Sequence record: PQ303785.1
Direction: 5' to 3' (one strand)
Length of the DNA stretch: 64,000 bases
DNA from: Escherichia phage LYE-01
Positions within the stretch are counted from its first letter, which is position 1, and each line of letters starts with the position of its first letter. Positions 48,252 to 57,530 of this stretch are shown here, piece after piece. The position numbers and the translations under genes are program-made. The notes beneath the pieces were generated by a model. It did not search any database, had not been told where the DNA came from, and was given only the letters and a program-made list of their open reading frames with translations.

Positions 48252-48584
48252 ATGAAAACGATTAATCTGAACGCTGCGGTTAAAGCTAAATGTTTCAATG
48301 GTGAATATAACGAAACTATGTGGTTCTTAATGGCAGTTGAAGGTGATATTATTGAAGTAGAAACAACAGAAGGTATGGGAACAGATTTCACCTTTACAAT
48401 TCAAGTTCATAATTTCTTTACTGGTTGGATTTATGAATTGAATACAGTAATCGTTGGAAAAATTGAACAAAATGAATTAGGTGAATGGTATTATGTTACA
48501 GCTCGCCAACGTGCAGAACGCTTAATTGAGAAGATGAAAAAAGTTGGCAAACTTGACATGCAGCACTGGAAAGTAGTAAAATAA
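48252..48584 (+). CDS. hypothetical protein (30.8 position)
   Basis: ORF track; early promoter, AAGGAG SD. Confidence 0.5.
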   Translation: MKTINLNAAVKAKCFNGEYNETMWFLMAVEGDIIEVETTEGMGTDFTFTIQVHNFFTGWIYELNTVIVGKIEQNELGEWYYVTARQRAERLIEKMKKVGKLDMQHWKVVK

Positions 48585-48586
48585 TT

Positions 48587-48615
48587 GTTTACTTTGGTAC
48601 AGGATATGATATTAT
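48587..48615 (+). promoter_or_regulatory. early promoter
   Basis: GTTTAC 48587-48592, TATTAT 48610-48615 inside the loop of GGTACAGG/CCTGTACC. Confidence 0.55.
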
Positions 48616-48652
48616 ATACCTGTACCGCAATTAAACATCTTGGAGAATAAAA

Positions 48653-49018
48653 ATGAACTACATCAACTTTGAACGTAAATATGTTTCTAACGGTATTGCA
48701 GGTTCTATTGATACTATTTGCCTTTGGAAACATCAAAATGGATCAGTATGCGAAATTGAACAGTATATGACTCCTAACTACGTTTATATGCGATTTGAAA
48801 ATGGCATCACGGTTTCAATCACGAAAGAAGGTTCTTCTTTTAAAATCGCATTAGATGATGATTTCCGTCAACGCGATTTAGGTACTCATCCTTGCTGGAA
48901 TGGCGTCAATCGTAAGCTTCTGGTTAAAACTTGGATTCGTCATATTCTGAGTAACAGAGCTAAACCTGAGCATCTTGAAGCGATCTTTGATGTAGTTCTT
49001 AATGAATTTGATATTTAA
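48653..49018 (+). CDS. hypothetical protein (30.7 position)
   Basis: ORF track; early promoter, GGAG SD. Confidence 0.5.
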   Translation: MNYINFERKYVSNGIAGSIDTICLWKHQNGSVCEIEQYMTPNYVYMRFENGITVSITKEGSSFKIALDDDFRQRDLGTHPCWNGVNRKLLVKTWIRHILSNRAKPEHLEAIFDVVLNEFDI

Positions 49019-49026
49019 AATAAAAT

Positions 49027-49042
49027 AGGGGCTTCGGCCCCT
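49027..49042 (+). terminator. hairpin AGGGGC-TTCG-GCCCCT
   Basis: GC stem with UUCG loop; no U-run. Confidence 0.4.
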
Positions 49043-49058
49043 TACTGAGGAAAATACT

Positions 49059-49346
49059 ATGTTTATGACTACTTATTTTGATACTCGTAAAAATTTTTGC
49101 GAAGTAGTTTTCTCTAAGGCGCCTAAAGACCTTCCTGCTCATTTGCAGCCTACCAGTGAATCGATTAAAAACTACGTTAATGTAGTATGTCCTTTAGAGT
49201 TCCGTACTGTAAATGGGCGTGATACTCTAGCTATCGCTAAACTCAATCGTGAAATTGACATTGACCCTTCAATTGCGCGTGAAATTAACATTTCTGATAT
49301 TGACGGCGGTAATGTTAAATCGCATGGTTTTCAGATGAGGTTCTAA
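49059..49346 (+). CDS. hypothetical protein (30.6 position)
   Basis: ORF track. Confidence 0.45.
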   Translation: MFMTTYFDTRKNFCEVVFSKAPKDLPAHLQPTSESIKNYVNVVCPLEFRTVNGRDTLAIAKLNREIDIDPSIAREINISDIDGGNVKSHGFQMRF

Positions 49347-49543
49347 TGAAATTCTTTTTGGGTCAAACTGTTGAATTAAAGGGAGTCGGTATACCTGGAT
49401 TAATTTCTAAGGTTCTACCTCCATTTAAATGGAGTGGTATTCAAATAAAAGAGGCTTATATTGTTTCCTGGGTAGATGGAAATGAAGACCTTCGTATGGG
49501 TGATGAATTATCTCCTATCTATGGATTAAAGGAATTAGTATGA
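49346..49543 (+). CDS. hypothetical protein (30.5 position)
   Basis: ORF track. Confidence 0.45.
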   Translation: MKFFLGQTVELKGVGIPGLISKVLPPFKWSGIQIKEAYIVSWVDGNEDLRMGDELSPIYGLKELV

Positions 49544-49746
49544 ATATAATTAATAAGATTTTTGGAATTCAGTACATTAAGGTCACATATAAAGTAACGT
49601 ATAAAGGTCCGTATACCGATGAACATGAAGAACCACAAGTTAAGTCTATTATATTAGAAAAGGACCCTAACTGGCCAGTTGAATTTCGTCTTCCTTGCTA
49701 TGGTCATTGGGCTGATGTTGAAATTATAAGTATTGAAAATGTCTGA
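49540..49746 (+). CDS. hypothetical protein (30.4 position)
   Basis: ORF track. Confidence 0.45.
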   Translation: MNIINKIFGIQYIKVTYKVTYKGPYTDEHEEPQVKSIILEKDPNWPVEFRLPCYGHWADVEIISIENV

Positions 49747-50197
49747 GCTAGAAATAAGAAGCAATTTTAGATGGCCATCATGTGCATTAAGCAATTTCGC
49801 CCAATGGCCTTTCGTTATGGATGGTATCCAATTTGGAGGTCTCGAAGGATTCCTTCAAGGATGTAAGGTGAAAAATGCTGAACAACAACGTCGTATATTT
49901 GGGTTATCCGGGCTTGCCGCCCAACAAGCTGGAAGGTCTTATGCTAGAGCTCAAGACCGTGGGACCCTCTTCTGGCTTGGAGTTCCGTTTTCAAGATACT
50001 CTCCAGCGTGGAAAGAATTATACACAAATGCATACTTTGAAGCAGCGATCCAAAACAAGGGCTTTCGTGATGCATTACAAGCCTCGAAAGGAAAAGTTTT
50101 GAAGCACAGCATGGCTAGTGGTCTAACAAAAGATGATACAATACTAACCGAAGCTGAATTTATTGATGTGTTAAACCTATTAAGAGACTCTCTATGA
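49733..50197 (+). CDS. possible NADAR/YbiA-like domain protein (30.3 position)
   Basis: LSNFAQWPFVMDGIQFGGLEGFLQGCK resembles the YbiA/NADAR core motif as I remember it; not verified. Confidence 0.35.
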   Translation: MKMSELEIRSNFRWPSCALSNFAQWPFVMDGIQFGGLEGFLQGCKVKNAEQQRRIFGLSGLAAQQAGRSYARAQDRGTLFWLGVPFSRYSPAWKELYTNAYFEAAIQNKGFRDALQASKGKVLKHSMASGLTKDDTILTEAEFIDVLNLLRDSL

Positions 50198-51033
50198 AGC
50201 CTACTATTTTAACTGATATTGATGGAGTATGTTTAAGCTGGCAATCAGGTCTTCCTTATTTTGCTCAAAAATATAATCTTCCATTAGAACATATTTTAAA
50301 AATGATCCAAGATGAGAAATTTATTTCTCCAGGTAAACTCTTTAATTGTGACGAAGAACTTGGCGTCAAGTTAATTGAAAAATACAATCGTTCAGATTTT
50401 ATTCGTTACTTGTCTCCGTATAAAGATGCCCTGTGTGTAATTAACAAATTAAAGGAAGATTATAATTTTGTAGCTGTTACAGCATTGGGCGATTCTATTG
50501 ACGCTCTGTTGAATCGTCAATTTAATTTGAATGCTCTTTTTCCTGGTGCCTTCTCAGAAGTAATGATGTGTGGTCATGATTCTTCAAAAGAAGAGCTGTT
50601 CAAAAAGGCAAAAGAGAAATATAACGTAATTTGTTATATTGACGATCTCGCTCATCACTGCGATCATGCAAGTGAAATATTAAATGTTCCTGTTTATTGG
50701 ATGGCTCGAGGGGAGCGTGATAATATTCCAAAAACTGCTCAGCGAGTTTATACATGGAATGATGTAGAAAATAAGCTTTTTTCGCCGAAGGAAAATAAAG
50801 AAAGTTTTGATAGTGAAAAAGCTATAAAAGATTTAATTGAGAAGATGGTTAAAAACGATTCTTTTCCTTGGAACACTACCTGGAGAACGCCTGGATTAAA
50901 TCCTTATAATCATCTATATCATCCATATCAGACACATCCGTTTCAGACATGGAACTATATTAAACCTGGTGGCATAGAGTATTTGTATAATAGACCTACT
51001 AGTGGTGATAATATTTTTCAAGGAGCATTCTAA
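50194..51033 (+). CDS. HAD-superfamily hydrolase-like protein (30.2 position)
   Basis: N-terminal ILTDIDGV (HAD motif I) and downstream YIDD. Confidence 0.45.
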   Translation: MKPTILTDIDGVCLSWQSGLPYFAQKYNLPLEHILKMIQDEKFISPGKLFNCDEELGVKLIEKYNRSDFIRYLSPYKDALCVINKLKEDYNFVAVTALGDSIDALLNRQFNLNALFPGAFSEVMMCGHDSSKEELFKKAKEKYNVICYIDDLAHHCDHASEILNVPVYWMARGERDNIPKTAQRVYTWNDVENKLFSPKENKESFDSEKAIKDLIEKMVKNDSFPWNTTWRTPGLNPYNHLYHPYQTHPFQTWNYIKPGGIEYLYNRPTSGDNIFQGAF

Positions 51034-51302
51034 TGTTTGTTGTTCATACTATTTATGAAAATGAAGGTAATACTACACGTGATTACGGTCACGTAAATCA
51101 ATTTTTTAGATGCAATCCAGAATTCCGTGCTCAAAAAGACGAACGAATTTTTAAAAAATGTGTAGAACAAGGTTTCATTTACGTCAAGCACTGGATGCAA
51201 GGAAATAAAGTTAGAACTACATATCATAGGTCTTTGCCTGAGCTTAATGATGAATTGATTTATAATAGAGCTGTAAACCAAACCTTGAAGGATGAGCAAT
51301 GA
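51033..51302 (+). CDS. hypothetical protein (30.1 position)
   Basis: ORF track. Confidence 0.45.
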   Translation: MFVVHTIYENEGNTTRDYGHVNQFFRCNPEFRAQKDERIFKKCVEQGFIYVKHWMQGNKVRTTYHRSLPELNDELIYNRAVNQTLKDEQ

Positions 51303-52759
51303 TTCTTAAAATTCTGAATGAAATAGCATCTATTGGATCAACTAAGCAGAAGCAAGCAATTCTTGAAAAGAATAAAGATAATGAATTGCTTAAACGAGTA
51401 TATCGTCTGACTTATTCTCGTGGGTTACAGTATTATATCAAGAAATGGCCTAAGCCTGGTATTGCTACCCAGAGTTTTGGAATGCTGACTATTACCGATA
51501 TGCTTGACTTCATTGAATTCACGTTAGCTACTCGGAAATTGACTGGAAATGCAGCAATTGAGGAATTAACTGGATATATCACTGATGGTAAAAAGGATGA
51601 TGTTGAAGTTTTGCGTCGGGTTATGATGCGAGACCTTGAATGCGGTGCTTCAGTATCTATTGCAAACAAAGTTTGGCCAGGTTTAATTCCTGAACAACCT
51701 CAAATGCTGGCAAGTTCTTATGATGAAAAAGGCATTAGTAAGAATATCAAGTTTCCAGCCTTTGCGCAGTTAAAAGCAGATGGAGCTCGGTGTTTTGCTG
51801 AAGTCCGAGGCGATGAATTAGATGATGTTCGTCTTTTATCGCGAGCTGGTAATGAATATCTAGGATTAGATCTTCTTAAGGAAGAGTTAATCAAAATGAC
51901 TGCTGAAGCCCGCCAGATTCATCCAGAAGGTGTGTTAATTGATGGCGAATTGGTATACCATGAGCAAGTTGAAAAGGAACCAGAAGGCCTAGATTTTCTT
52001 TTTGATGCTCCTGAAATCAGTAAAGCTAAAGAGTTTGCCGAAGTAGCTGAATCTCGTACTGCTTCTAATGGAATCGCTAATAAATCTTTAAAGGGAACTA
52101 TTTCAGAAAAAGAAGCCCAATGTATGAAGTTTCAGGTCTGGGATTATGTTCCGTTGGTAGAAATATACGGTCTTCCGGCGTTTCGTTTAAAATATGATGT
52201 ACGTTTTTCTAAACTAGAACAAATGACATCAGGATATGATAAAGTAATTTTAATTGAAAACCAAGTAGTAAATAACCTAGATGAAGCTAAGGTAATTTAT
52301 AAAAAATATATTGACCAAGGTCTTGAAGGTATTATTCTCAAAAATACCGATGGATTGTGGGAAAATGCTCGTTCAAAAAATCTCTATAAATTTAAAGAAG
52401 TAATTGATGTTGATTTAAAAATTGTAGGAATTTATCCTCACCGTAAAGACCCTACTAAAGCGGGTGGATTTATTCTTGAATCAGAGTGTGGAAAAATTAA
52501 AGTAAATGCTGGTTCAGGCTTAAAAGATAAAGCCGGTGTAAAATCACATGAACTTGACCGTACTCGCATTATGGAAAACCAAAATTATTATATTGGAAAA
52601 ATTCTAGAGTGCGAATGCAATGGTTGGTTAAAATCTGATGGTCGCACTGATTACGTTAAATTATTTCTTCCAATTGCGATTCGTTTACGTGAAGATAAAA
52701 CTAAAGCTAATACATTCGAGGATGTATTTGGTGATTTTCATGAGGTAACTGGTTTATGA
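51299..52759 (+). CDS. 30: ATP-dependent DNA ligase
   Basis: 486 aa, MILKILNEIASIGSTKQKQAIL; adenylation-domain motifs. Confidence 0.9.
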   Translation: MILKILNEIASIGSTKQKQAILEKNKDNELLKRVYRLTYSRGLQYYIKKWPKPGIATQSFGMLTITDMLDFIEFTLATRKLTGNAAIEELTGYITDGKKDDVEVLRRVMMRDLECGASVSIANKVWPGLIPEQPQMLASSYDEKGISKNIKFPAFAQLKADGARCFAEVRGDELDDVRLLSRAGNEYLGLDLLKEELIKMTAEARQIHPEGVLIDGELVYHEQVEKEPEGLDFLFDAPEISKAKEFAEVAESRTASNGIANKSLKGTISEKEAQCMKFQVWDYVPLVEIYGLPAFRLKYDVRFSKLEQMTSGYDKVILIENQVVNNLDEAKVIYKKYIDQGLEGIILKNTDGLWENARSKNLYKFKEVIDVDLKIVGIYPHRKDPTKAGGFILESECGKIKVNAGSGLKDKAGVKSHELDRTRIMENQNYYIGKILECECNGWLKSDGRTDYVKLFLPIAIRLREDKTKANTFEDVFGDFHEVTGL

Positions 52760-52944
52760 AAGCTTACTTAGAAACAATTGTCGTGGCTCAAAAAGAAGGT
52801 GGAGATGTTTCTACTTCGGTATCACAAGTCATTCTCGAATTTGTAGATGCATATGCTTATAATAAATTTACAGAAACATTTGATGCCTACGAAAAAGGTC
52901 CAAAGTTTGAAATATATCGTACTCTCTTACCACTAGATTATTAA
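52756..52944 (+). CDS. hypothetical 62-aa protein
   Basis: ORF track; followed by hairpin terminator. Confidence 0.45.
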   Translation: MKAYLETIVVAQKEGGDVSTSVSQVILEFVDAYAYNKFTETFDAYEKGPKFEIYRTLLPLDY

Positions 52945-52960
52945 AGGCCTTCGGGCCTTT
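52943..52960 (+). terminator. hairpin terminator, identical to the one at 5566
   Basis: AAAGGCC-TTCG-GGCCTTT then AATTTT; precedes the alt late promoter. Confidence 0.55.
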
Positions 52961-52965
52961 AATTT

Positions 52966-52973
52966 TATAAATA
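52966..52973 (+). promoter_or_regulatory. late promoter (TATAAATA) for alt
   Basis: Exact TATAAATA between terminator hairpin and alt start. Confidence 0.65.
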
Positions 52974-52996
52974 GAATAAACACTAGAGAGGATATG

Positions 52997-55090
52997 ATGG
53001 AACTCATTACAGAATTATTTGACGAAGATACTACTCTTCCGATTACAAACTTAAATCCAAAGAAGAAAATACCACAAATTTTTTCAGTTCATGTTGATGA
53101 TGCAATTGAACAACCAGGCTTTCGTTTATGTACCTATACATCTGGAGGTGATACTAATCGCGATTTAAAAATGGGCGATAAAATGATGCATATTGTTCCT
53201 TTTACATTAACTGCTAAAGGTTCAATTGCTAAATTAAAAGGTCTCGGTCCAAGTCCAATTAATTACATCAATTCAGTTTTTACTGTTGCAATGCAGACGA
53301 TGCGTCAGTATAAAATTGATGCCTGTATGCTTCGTATTCTTAAGTCTAAAACTGCTGGTCAAGCTCGACAAATTCAAGTTATTGCTGATAGACTTATCCG
53401 TAGTCGTTCAGGTGGCAGATACGTCCTTCTTAAGGAACTCTGGGATTACGATAAAAAGTACGCATATATTCTTATACATCGCAAAAATGTATCACTAGAA
53501 GACATTCCAGGAGTTCCGGAAATTAGTACCGAGCTTTTTACTAAAGTCGAATCGAAGGTCGGCGATGTTTATATCAATAAAGATACTGGAGCTCAAGTAA
53601 CTAAAAATGAAGCAATTGCAGCATCTATTGCGCAAGAAAATGATAAACGTTCTGACCAAGCTGTAATCGTTAAAGTTAAAATTTCCCGTAGAGCAATTGC
53701 GCAAAGTCAATCATTAGAATCTTCTAGATTTGAAAGCGAATTATTCCAGAAGTATGAATCTACCGCAGCCAATTTTAATAAGCCTGCTACTGCTCCTTTA
53801 ATTCCAGAAGCAGAAGAAATGAAGCTTGGAATTAATTCATTAGCTTCTAAAACTAAGGCAGCAAAAATCATTGCCGAAGGAACCGCAGATGAACTTCACT
53901 ATGACTATAAATTCTTTTCAAAAAGTGAGGTTAATGAAGTTTCTGAAAAAATTAAAGATGTAATTCTTAATGCGATTAAAAATGAACCAACTACTTCAAT
54001 AAAATGTTTAGAGAAATACGCAGCAGCTGTTAATCAATTCTTTGAAGAATATAAAGATAATTGGCTTGATAAACATAATAAAACTCGTAAAGGACAGCCA
54101 GATGAAGTCTGGGAAGAAATAACTAAAAATTCCTGGAACGCAGCAAAAACTAAATTCCTCAAACGAATGATTTATAGCTTTTCTGGAATTGGTGCAGGTC
54201 CAATGATTGATATTACCATTGCCCGTGATGGTTCTAAATACACTCCATCGCAAAAGCGCGGAATTAGAGAGTATTGCGGATCAGGATATACTGACATCAA
54301 TAATCTTCTTTTAGGCCGCTACAATCCAGAACGATATGATGTAATGAGTGAAAAAGAAATTGAATCTGCGATAAATAATTTAGATTCAGCTTTTGAAAAT
54401 GGTGACCGTATACCAGAAGGCATTACAGTTTATCGTGCTCAAAGTATGACTGCTCCTATATATGAAGCACTAGTTAAAAATAAAGTGTTCTATTTCAGAA
54501 ATTTTGTATCTACTTCTTTAACTCCTATCATTTTTGGACGTTTTGGAATTACACATGCTGGTATCGGTCTTTTAGAACCAGAAGCTCGCAATGAATTAAC
54601 AGTTGATAAAAATGAAGAAGGAATAACTATTAATCCAAACGAAATAAGAGCGTATAAAGAAAATCCTGAATACGTTAAAGTTCAAATAGGATGGGCTATT
54701 GATGGAGCTCATAAAGTTAATGTTGTATATCCAGGAAGTCTCGGAATAGCAACAGAAGCTGAAGTTATTCTACCACGCGGATTGATGGTCAAAGTTAATA
54801 AAATAACTGATGCTTCTAATAATGATGGAACAACATCTAATAATACAAAACTCATTCAAGCTGAAGTTATGACTACGGAAGAACTCACCGAATCGGTAAT
54901 TTATGACGGTGACCGTCTAATGGAAACTGGTGAATTGGTTGCAATGACAGATGATATTGAAATAGAAGACAGAGTTGACTTTGCATCATTTGTTTCATCA
55001 AATGTTAAACAGAAAGCAGAATCATCTCTCGGAATTATTGCGTCTTGCATAGATATTACAAACATGCCTTACAAGTTCGTTCAAGGATAA
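52997..55090 (+). CDS. alt: ADP-ribosyltransferase Alt (head-packaged)
   Basis: MELITELFDEDTTLPITNL N-terminus; R (YRAQ), STS (FVSTSLTP) and ExE (EAEVILPRG) motifs; late promoter upstream. Confidence 0.85.
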   Translation: MELITELFDEDTTLPITNLNPKKKIPQIFSVHVDDAIEQPGFRLCTYTSGGDTNRDLKMGDKMMHIVPFTLTAKGSIAKLKGLGPSPINYINSVFTVAMQTMRQYKIDACMLRILKSKTAGQARQIQVIADRLIRSRSGGRYVLLKELWDYDKKYAYILIHRKNVSLEDIPGVPEISTELFTKVESKVGDVYINKDTGAQVTKNEAIAASIAQENDKRSDQAVIVKVKISRRAIAQSQSLESSRFESELFQKYESTAANFNKPATAPLIPEAEEMKLGINSLASKTKAAKIIAEGTADELHYDYKFFSKSEVNEVSEKIKDVILNAIKNEPTTSIKCLEKYAAAVNQFFEEYKDNWLDKHNKTRKGQPDEVWEEITKNSWNAAKTKFLKRMIYSFSGIGAGPMIDITIARDGSKYTPSQKRGIREYCGSGYTDINNLLLGRYNPERYDVMSEKEIESAINNLDSAFENGDRIPEGITVYRAQSMTAPIYEALVKNKVFYFRNFVSTSLTPIIFGRFGITHAGIGLLEPEARNELTVDKNEEGITINPNEIRAYKENPEYVKVQIGWAIDGAHKVNVVYPGSLGIATEAEVILPRGLMVKVNKITDASNNDGTTSNNTKLIQAEVMTTEELTESVIYDGDRLMETGELVAMTDDIEIEDRVDFASFVSSNVKQKAESSLGIIASCIDITNMPYKFVQG

Positions 55091-55093
55091 ATC

Positions 55094-57151
55094 ATGGAAC
55101 TTATTACAGAATTATTTGACGGCGCTTCGGCGCCGGTTGTTAACTTAAATCCTAAGCATAAAATACCTCAAATTTTTGCTATTCAAGCAGGCGAAGAAAG
55201 CGTGCTTCCTGGATTTAGATTTTGTACATACACCTCTGGCGGTGATACAAATAAAAACGTTAAGCCAGGCGATAAAATGATGCATATCGTAATGATAGGT
55301 GTCAATGAGAAACTATCATTAGTTAAACTTAGAAACTTGGGTGGAAATCCAATTGGTGTCATTAATGCGGTTTTTGATACTGCTCTTCAGACAATGAAAC
55401 AATACAAAATTGACGCATGCTTATTCCGCGTACTAAAGAGTAAAACAAATGGTGCAGCTCGTCAAATGCAAGTTATTGCCGACCGTTTAGTACGTACTAA
55501 AGGAGCAGGTCGATATGTTCTTTTAAAGGAAATCTGGGATTACGATAAAAAGTACGCATATATTATGGTTTACCGTAAAAATGCTAATTTAGAAGACATT
55601 CCAGGTGTACCTCCTATTTCAACTGAGTTATTCACAAAAGTTGAATCAAAGGTTGGTGATGTTTATGTAGATGTTAAAACAGGTAATGCTGTTCCTAAAG
55701 CTGTTGCTGTTGCTGCTTCTATTGCTTTAGAAAATGATAAGCGCACGGATCAAGCTGTTATTCAGAAAACTAAAATTAGTCGTCGGTTAGCAGCACAAGC
55801 TCAATATTCTACTGTCGATGCTTCACTTCAGGGTGATAGCTTCGCTGCTAAGAAATATCAAGAGTTTGAATCTAAAGTTCCGGTATATAAAGCAGAAGGA
55901 CCAATGAACTCTGGCGTTATTCAGGTTGGTTCAAACTTCAGCAAAGGAGCTATCGGTGGTATGAGAAGTGCTTCCCGTTTTAAATCTAGTGATTATGAAT
56001 TAGAAAGCTTCCGAAATCATATTGCATTGGCTCATGCGCGTTTACGTGATCCATCTATCAAGTTACAGAGCGATATATCATATCAAGGTTCTCAAGAATA
56101 TTTAAAGAATAAAGAATTTTTTGATTATAAAACTGATAAAATTTTAAGTGATCTTGCTGACATTAATATTTCTAATAGCTTTGATGTTATTAAGAAAATT
56201 GTCAATGATTTAGTTAAAGGTTCTAAAGCCACACCAGATGAAAAGGTAGCTATTGTTCAATTTGTCATGAATGGCGTTTATAAATTGATTAATGAGTCTG
56301 CTTCTCAAGCGTATGAATATGCAAGTACTGAAGTAACTCCAAAAGGATTAACTCAGGCTGAGTCTGATGTAATTGAAGATTATTGTGCAGATTCATATGT
56401 TGAAATGAACTCGTTCCTTTTAGGTAAACCGGATTCTACTCGTGAAGAATACATGGAACGAGCTATTAAACACATCGAGACAATGGATTCTGCCTTTGCC
56501 AAAGGATCAGTTCTTCCTCCAGGAACTACACTTTACCGTGGACAAGAAGTTACCTTTAAAACTTTACGTCATAATATTGAAAATAAAATGTTCTACTTCA
56601 AGAACTTCGTATCCACATCGCTTAAACCAAATATCTTCGGTGAGTATGGTAAAAACTATATGGCTCTAGATGATTCCGGCGCAGTATTTTCTGGTGAAGG
56701 AGAAGGTTCAGTTGACGCAGAAGATTTGATGCATATGGGCAGTCACTCTGCTTATGCGAATGAAGATGCTGAAACTAGCGTGGGTATGGTAATTAAAGGA
56801 GCTGAGCGAATCAAAGTTATCGTTCCAGGACATTTATCAGGATTTCCATCAGAAGCTGAAGTTATTTTACCGCGTGGAATTTTGCTGAAGATTAATAAAG
56901 TGAGTACGTACATGATGAAAGAAACTGCTTATAATAAGTATCTAATCGAAGGCACAATCGTTCCTCCTTCTGAACAATTAGAAGAATCGGTATATGATGG
57001 CGACCATCTAATGGAAACTGGTGAAGTTCGTCCAATGGCTGGATTTAATCAATTCCTTGTAGAAGAATCAAAAGAAGAGGAAAACGAAGTTTCTCAAATC
57101 TTGGCTTCTTTGGTTAACATCAACGGAATGTCTAAAAAGTTCAAGATGTAG
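55094..57151 (+). CDS. Alt paralog, second ADP-ribosyltransferase
   Basis: 685 aa; N-terminal ~200 aa nearly collinear with Alt; YRGQ / FVSTSLKP / EAEVILPRG motifs intact. Confidence 0.75.
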   Translation: MELITELFDGASAPVVNLNPKHKIPQIFAIQAGEESVLPGFRFCTYTSGGDTNKNVKPGDKMMHIVMIGVNEKLSLVKLRNLGGNPIGVINAVFDTALQTMKQYKIDACLFRVLKSKTNGAARQMQVIADRLVRTKGAGRYVLLKEIWDYDKKYAYIMVYRKNANLEDIPGVPPISTELFTKVESKVGDVYVDVKTGNAVPKAVAVAASIALENDKRTDQAVIQKTKISRRLAAQAQYSTVDASLQGDSFAAKKYQEFESKVPVYKAEGPMNSGVIQVGSNFSKGAIGGMRSASRFKSSDYELESFRNHIALAHARLRDPSIKLQSDISYQGSQEYLKNKEFFDYKTDKILSDLADINISNSFDVIKKIVNDLVKGSKATPDEKVAIVQFVMNGVYKLINESASQAYEYASTEVTPKGLTQAESDVIEDYCADSYVEMNSFLLGKPDSTREEYMERAIKHIETMDSAFAKGSVLPPGTTLYRGQEVTFKTLRHNIENKMFYFKNFVSTSLKPNIFGEYGKNYMALDDSGAVFSGEGEGSVDAEDLMHMGSHSAYANEDAETSVGMVIKGAERIKVIVPGHLSGFPSEAEVILPRGILLKINKVSTYMMKETAYNKYLIEGTIVPPSEQLEESVYDGDHLMETGEVRPMAGFNQFLVEESKEEENEVSQILASLVNINGMSKKFKM

Positions 57152-57180
57152 TTTACAAGTCACTCGTGTTGTGTTATAAT
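57151..57180 (+). promoter_or_regulatory. early promoter for the 96-aa ORF
   Basis: GTTTAC 57151-57156, perfect TATAAT 57175-57180. Confidence 0.6.
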
Positions 57181-57211
57181 AATCTTACTGACATAACATG
57201 AGGAACACAAA

Positions 57212-57502
57212 ATGAAATCTTCTTTGCGCTTTTTAGGTCAAGAACTCGTAGTTGAAGGCGTTATTCCTGCTGATAACGCTTTTAATGAAGCGGTTTACGA
57301 CGAATTTATCAAAATTTTTGGAACAGATAAAAAGTTCGGAATTTTTCCTTCTGAAAATTTTTCAAAGCCAGAACAGACTGAAAGCATTTTCCAAGGTGTA
57401 GTAACAGGTAAATTTGAGTCAGAAGCTCCGGTAAAAATTGAAGTTTATATTGAAGACAGTTTAGTTGCTTCAGTTGCTGCTTTTATTTCATTCCGTAAAT
57501 AA
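57212..57502 (+). CDS. hypothetical 96-aa protein
   Basis: ORF track; own early promoter; bidirectional terminator follows. Confidence 0.5.
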   Translation: MKSSLRFLGQELVVEGVIPADNAFNEAVYDEFIKIFGTDKKFGIFPSENFSKPEQTESIFQGVVTGKFESEAPVKIEVYIEDSLVASVAAFISFRK

Positions 57503-57508
57503 AAATAT

Positions 57509-57526
57509 GGGGACCTTTCGGTCCCC
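57509..57526. terminator. bidirectional hairpin between convergent genes
   Basis: GGGGACC-TTTC-GGTCCCC between the + ORF ending 57502 and gene 54 ending 57531. Confidence 0.6.
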
Positions 57527-57530
57527 ATTG

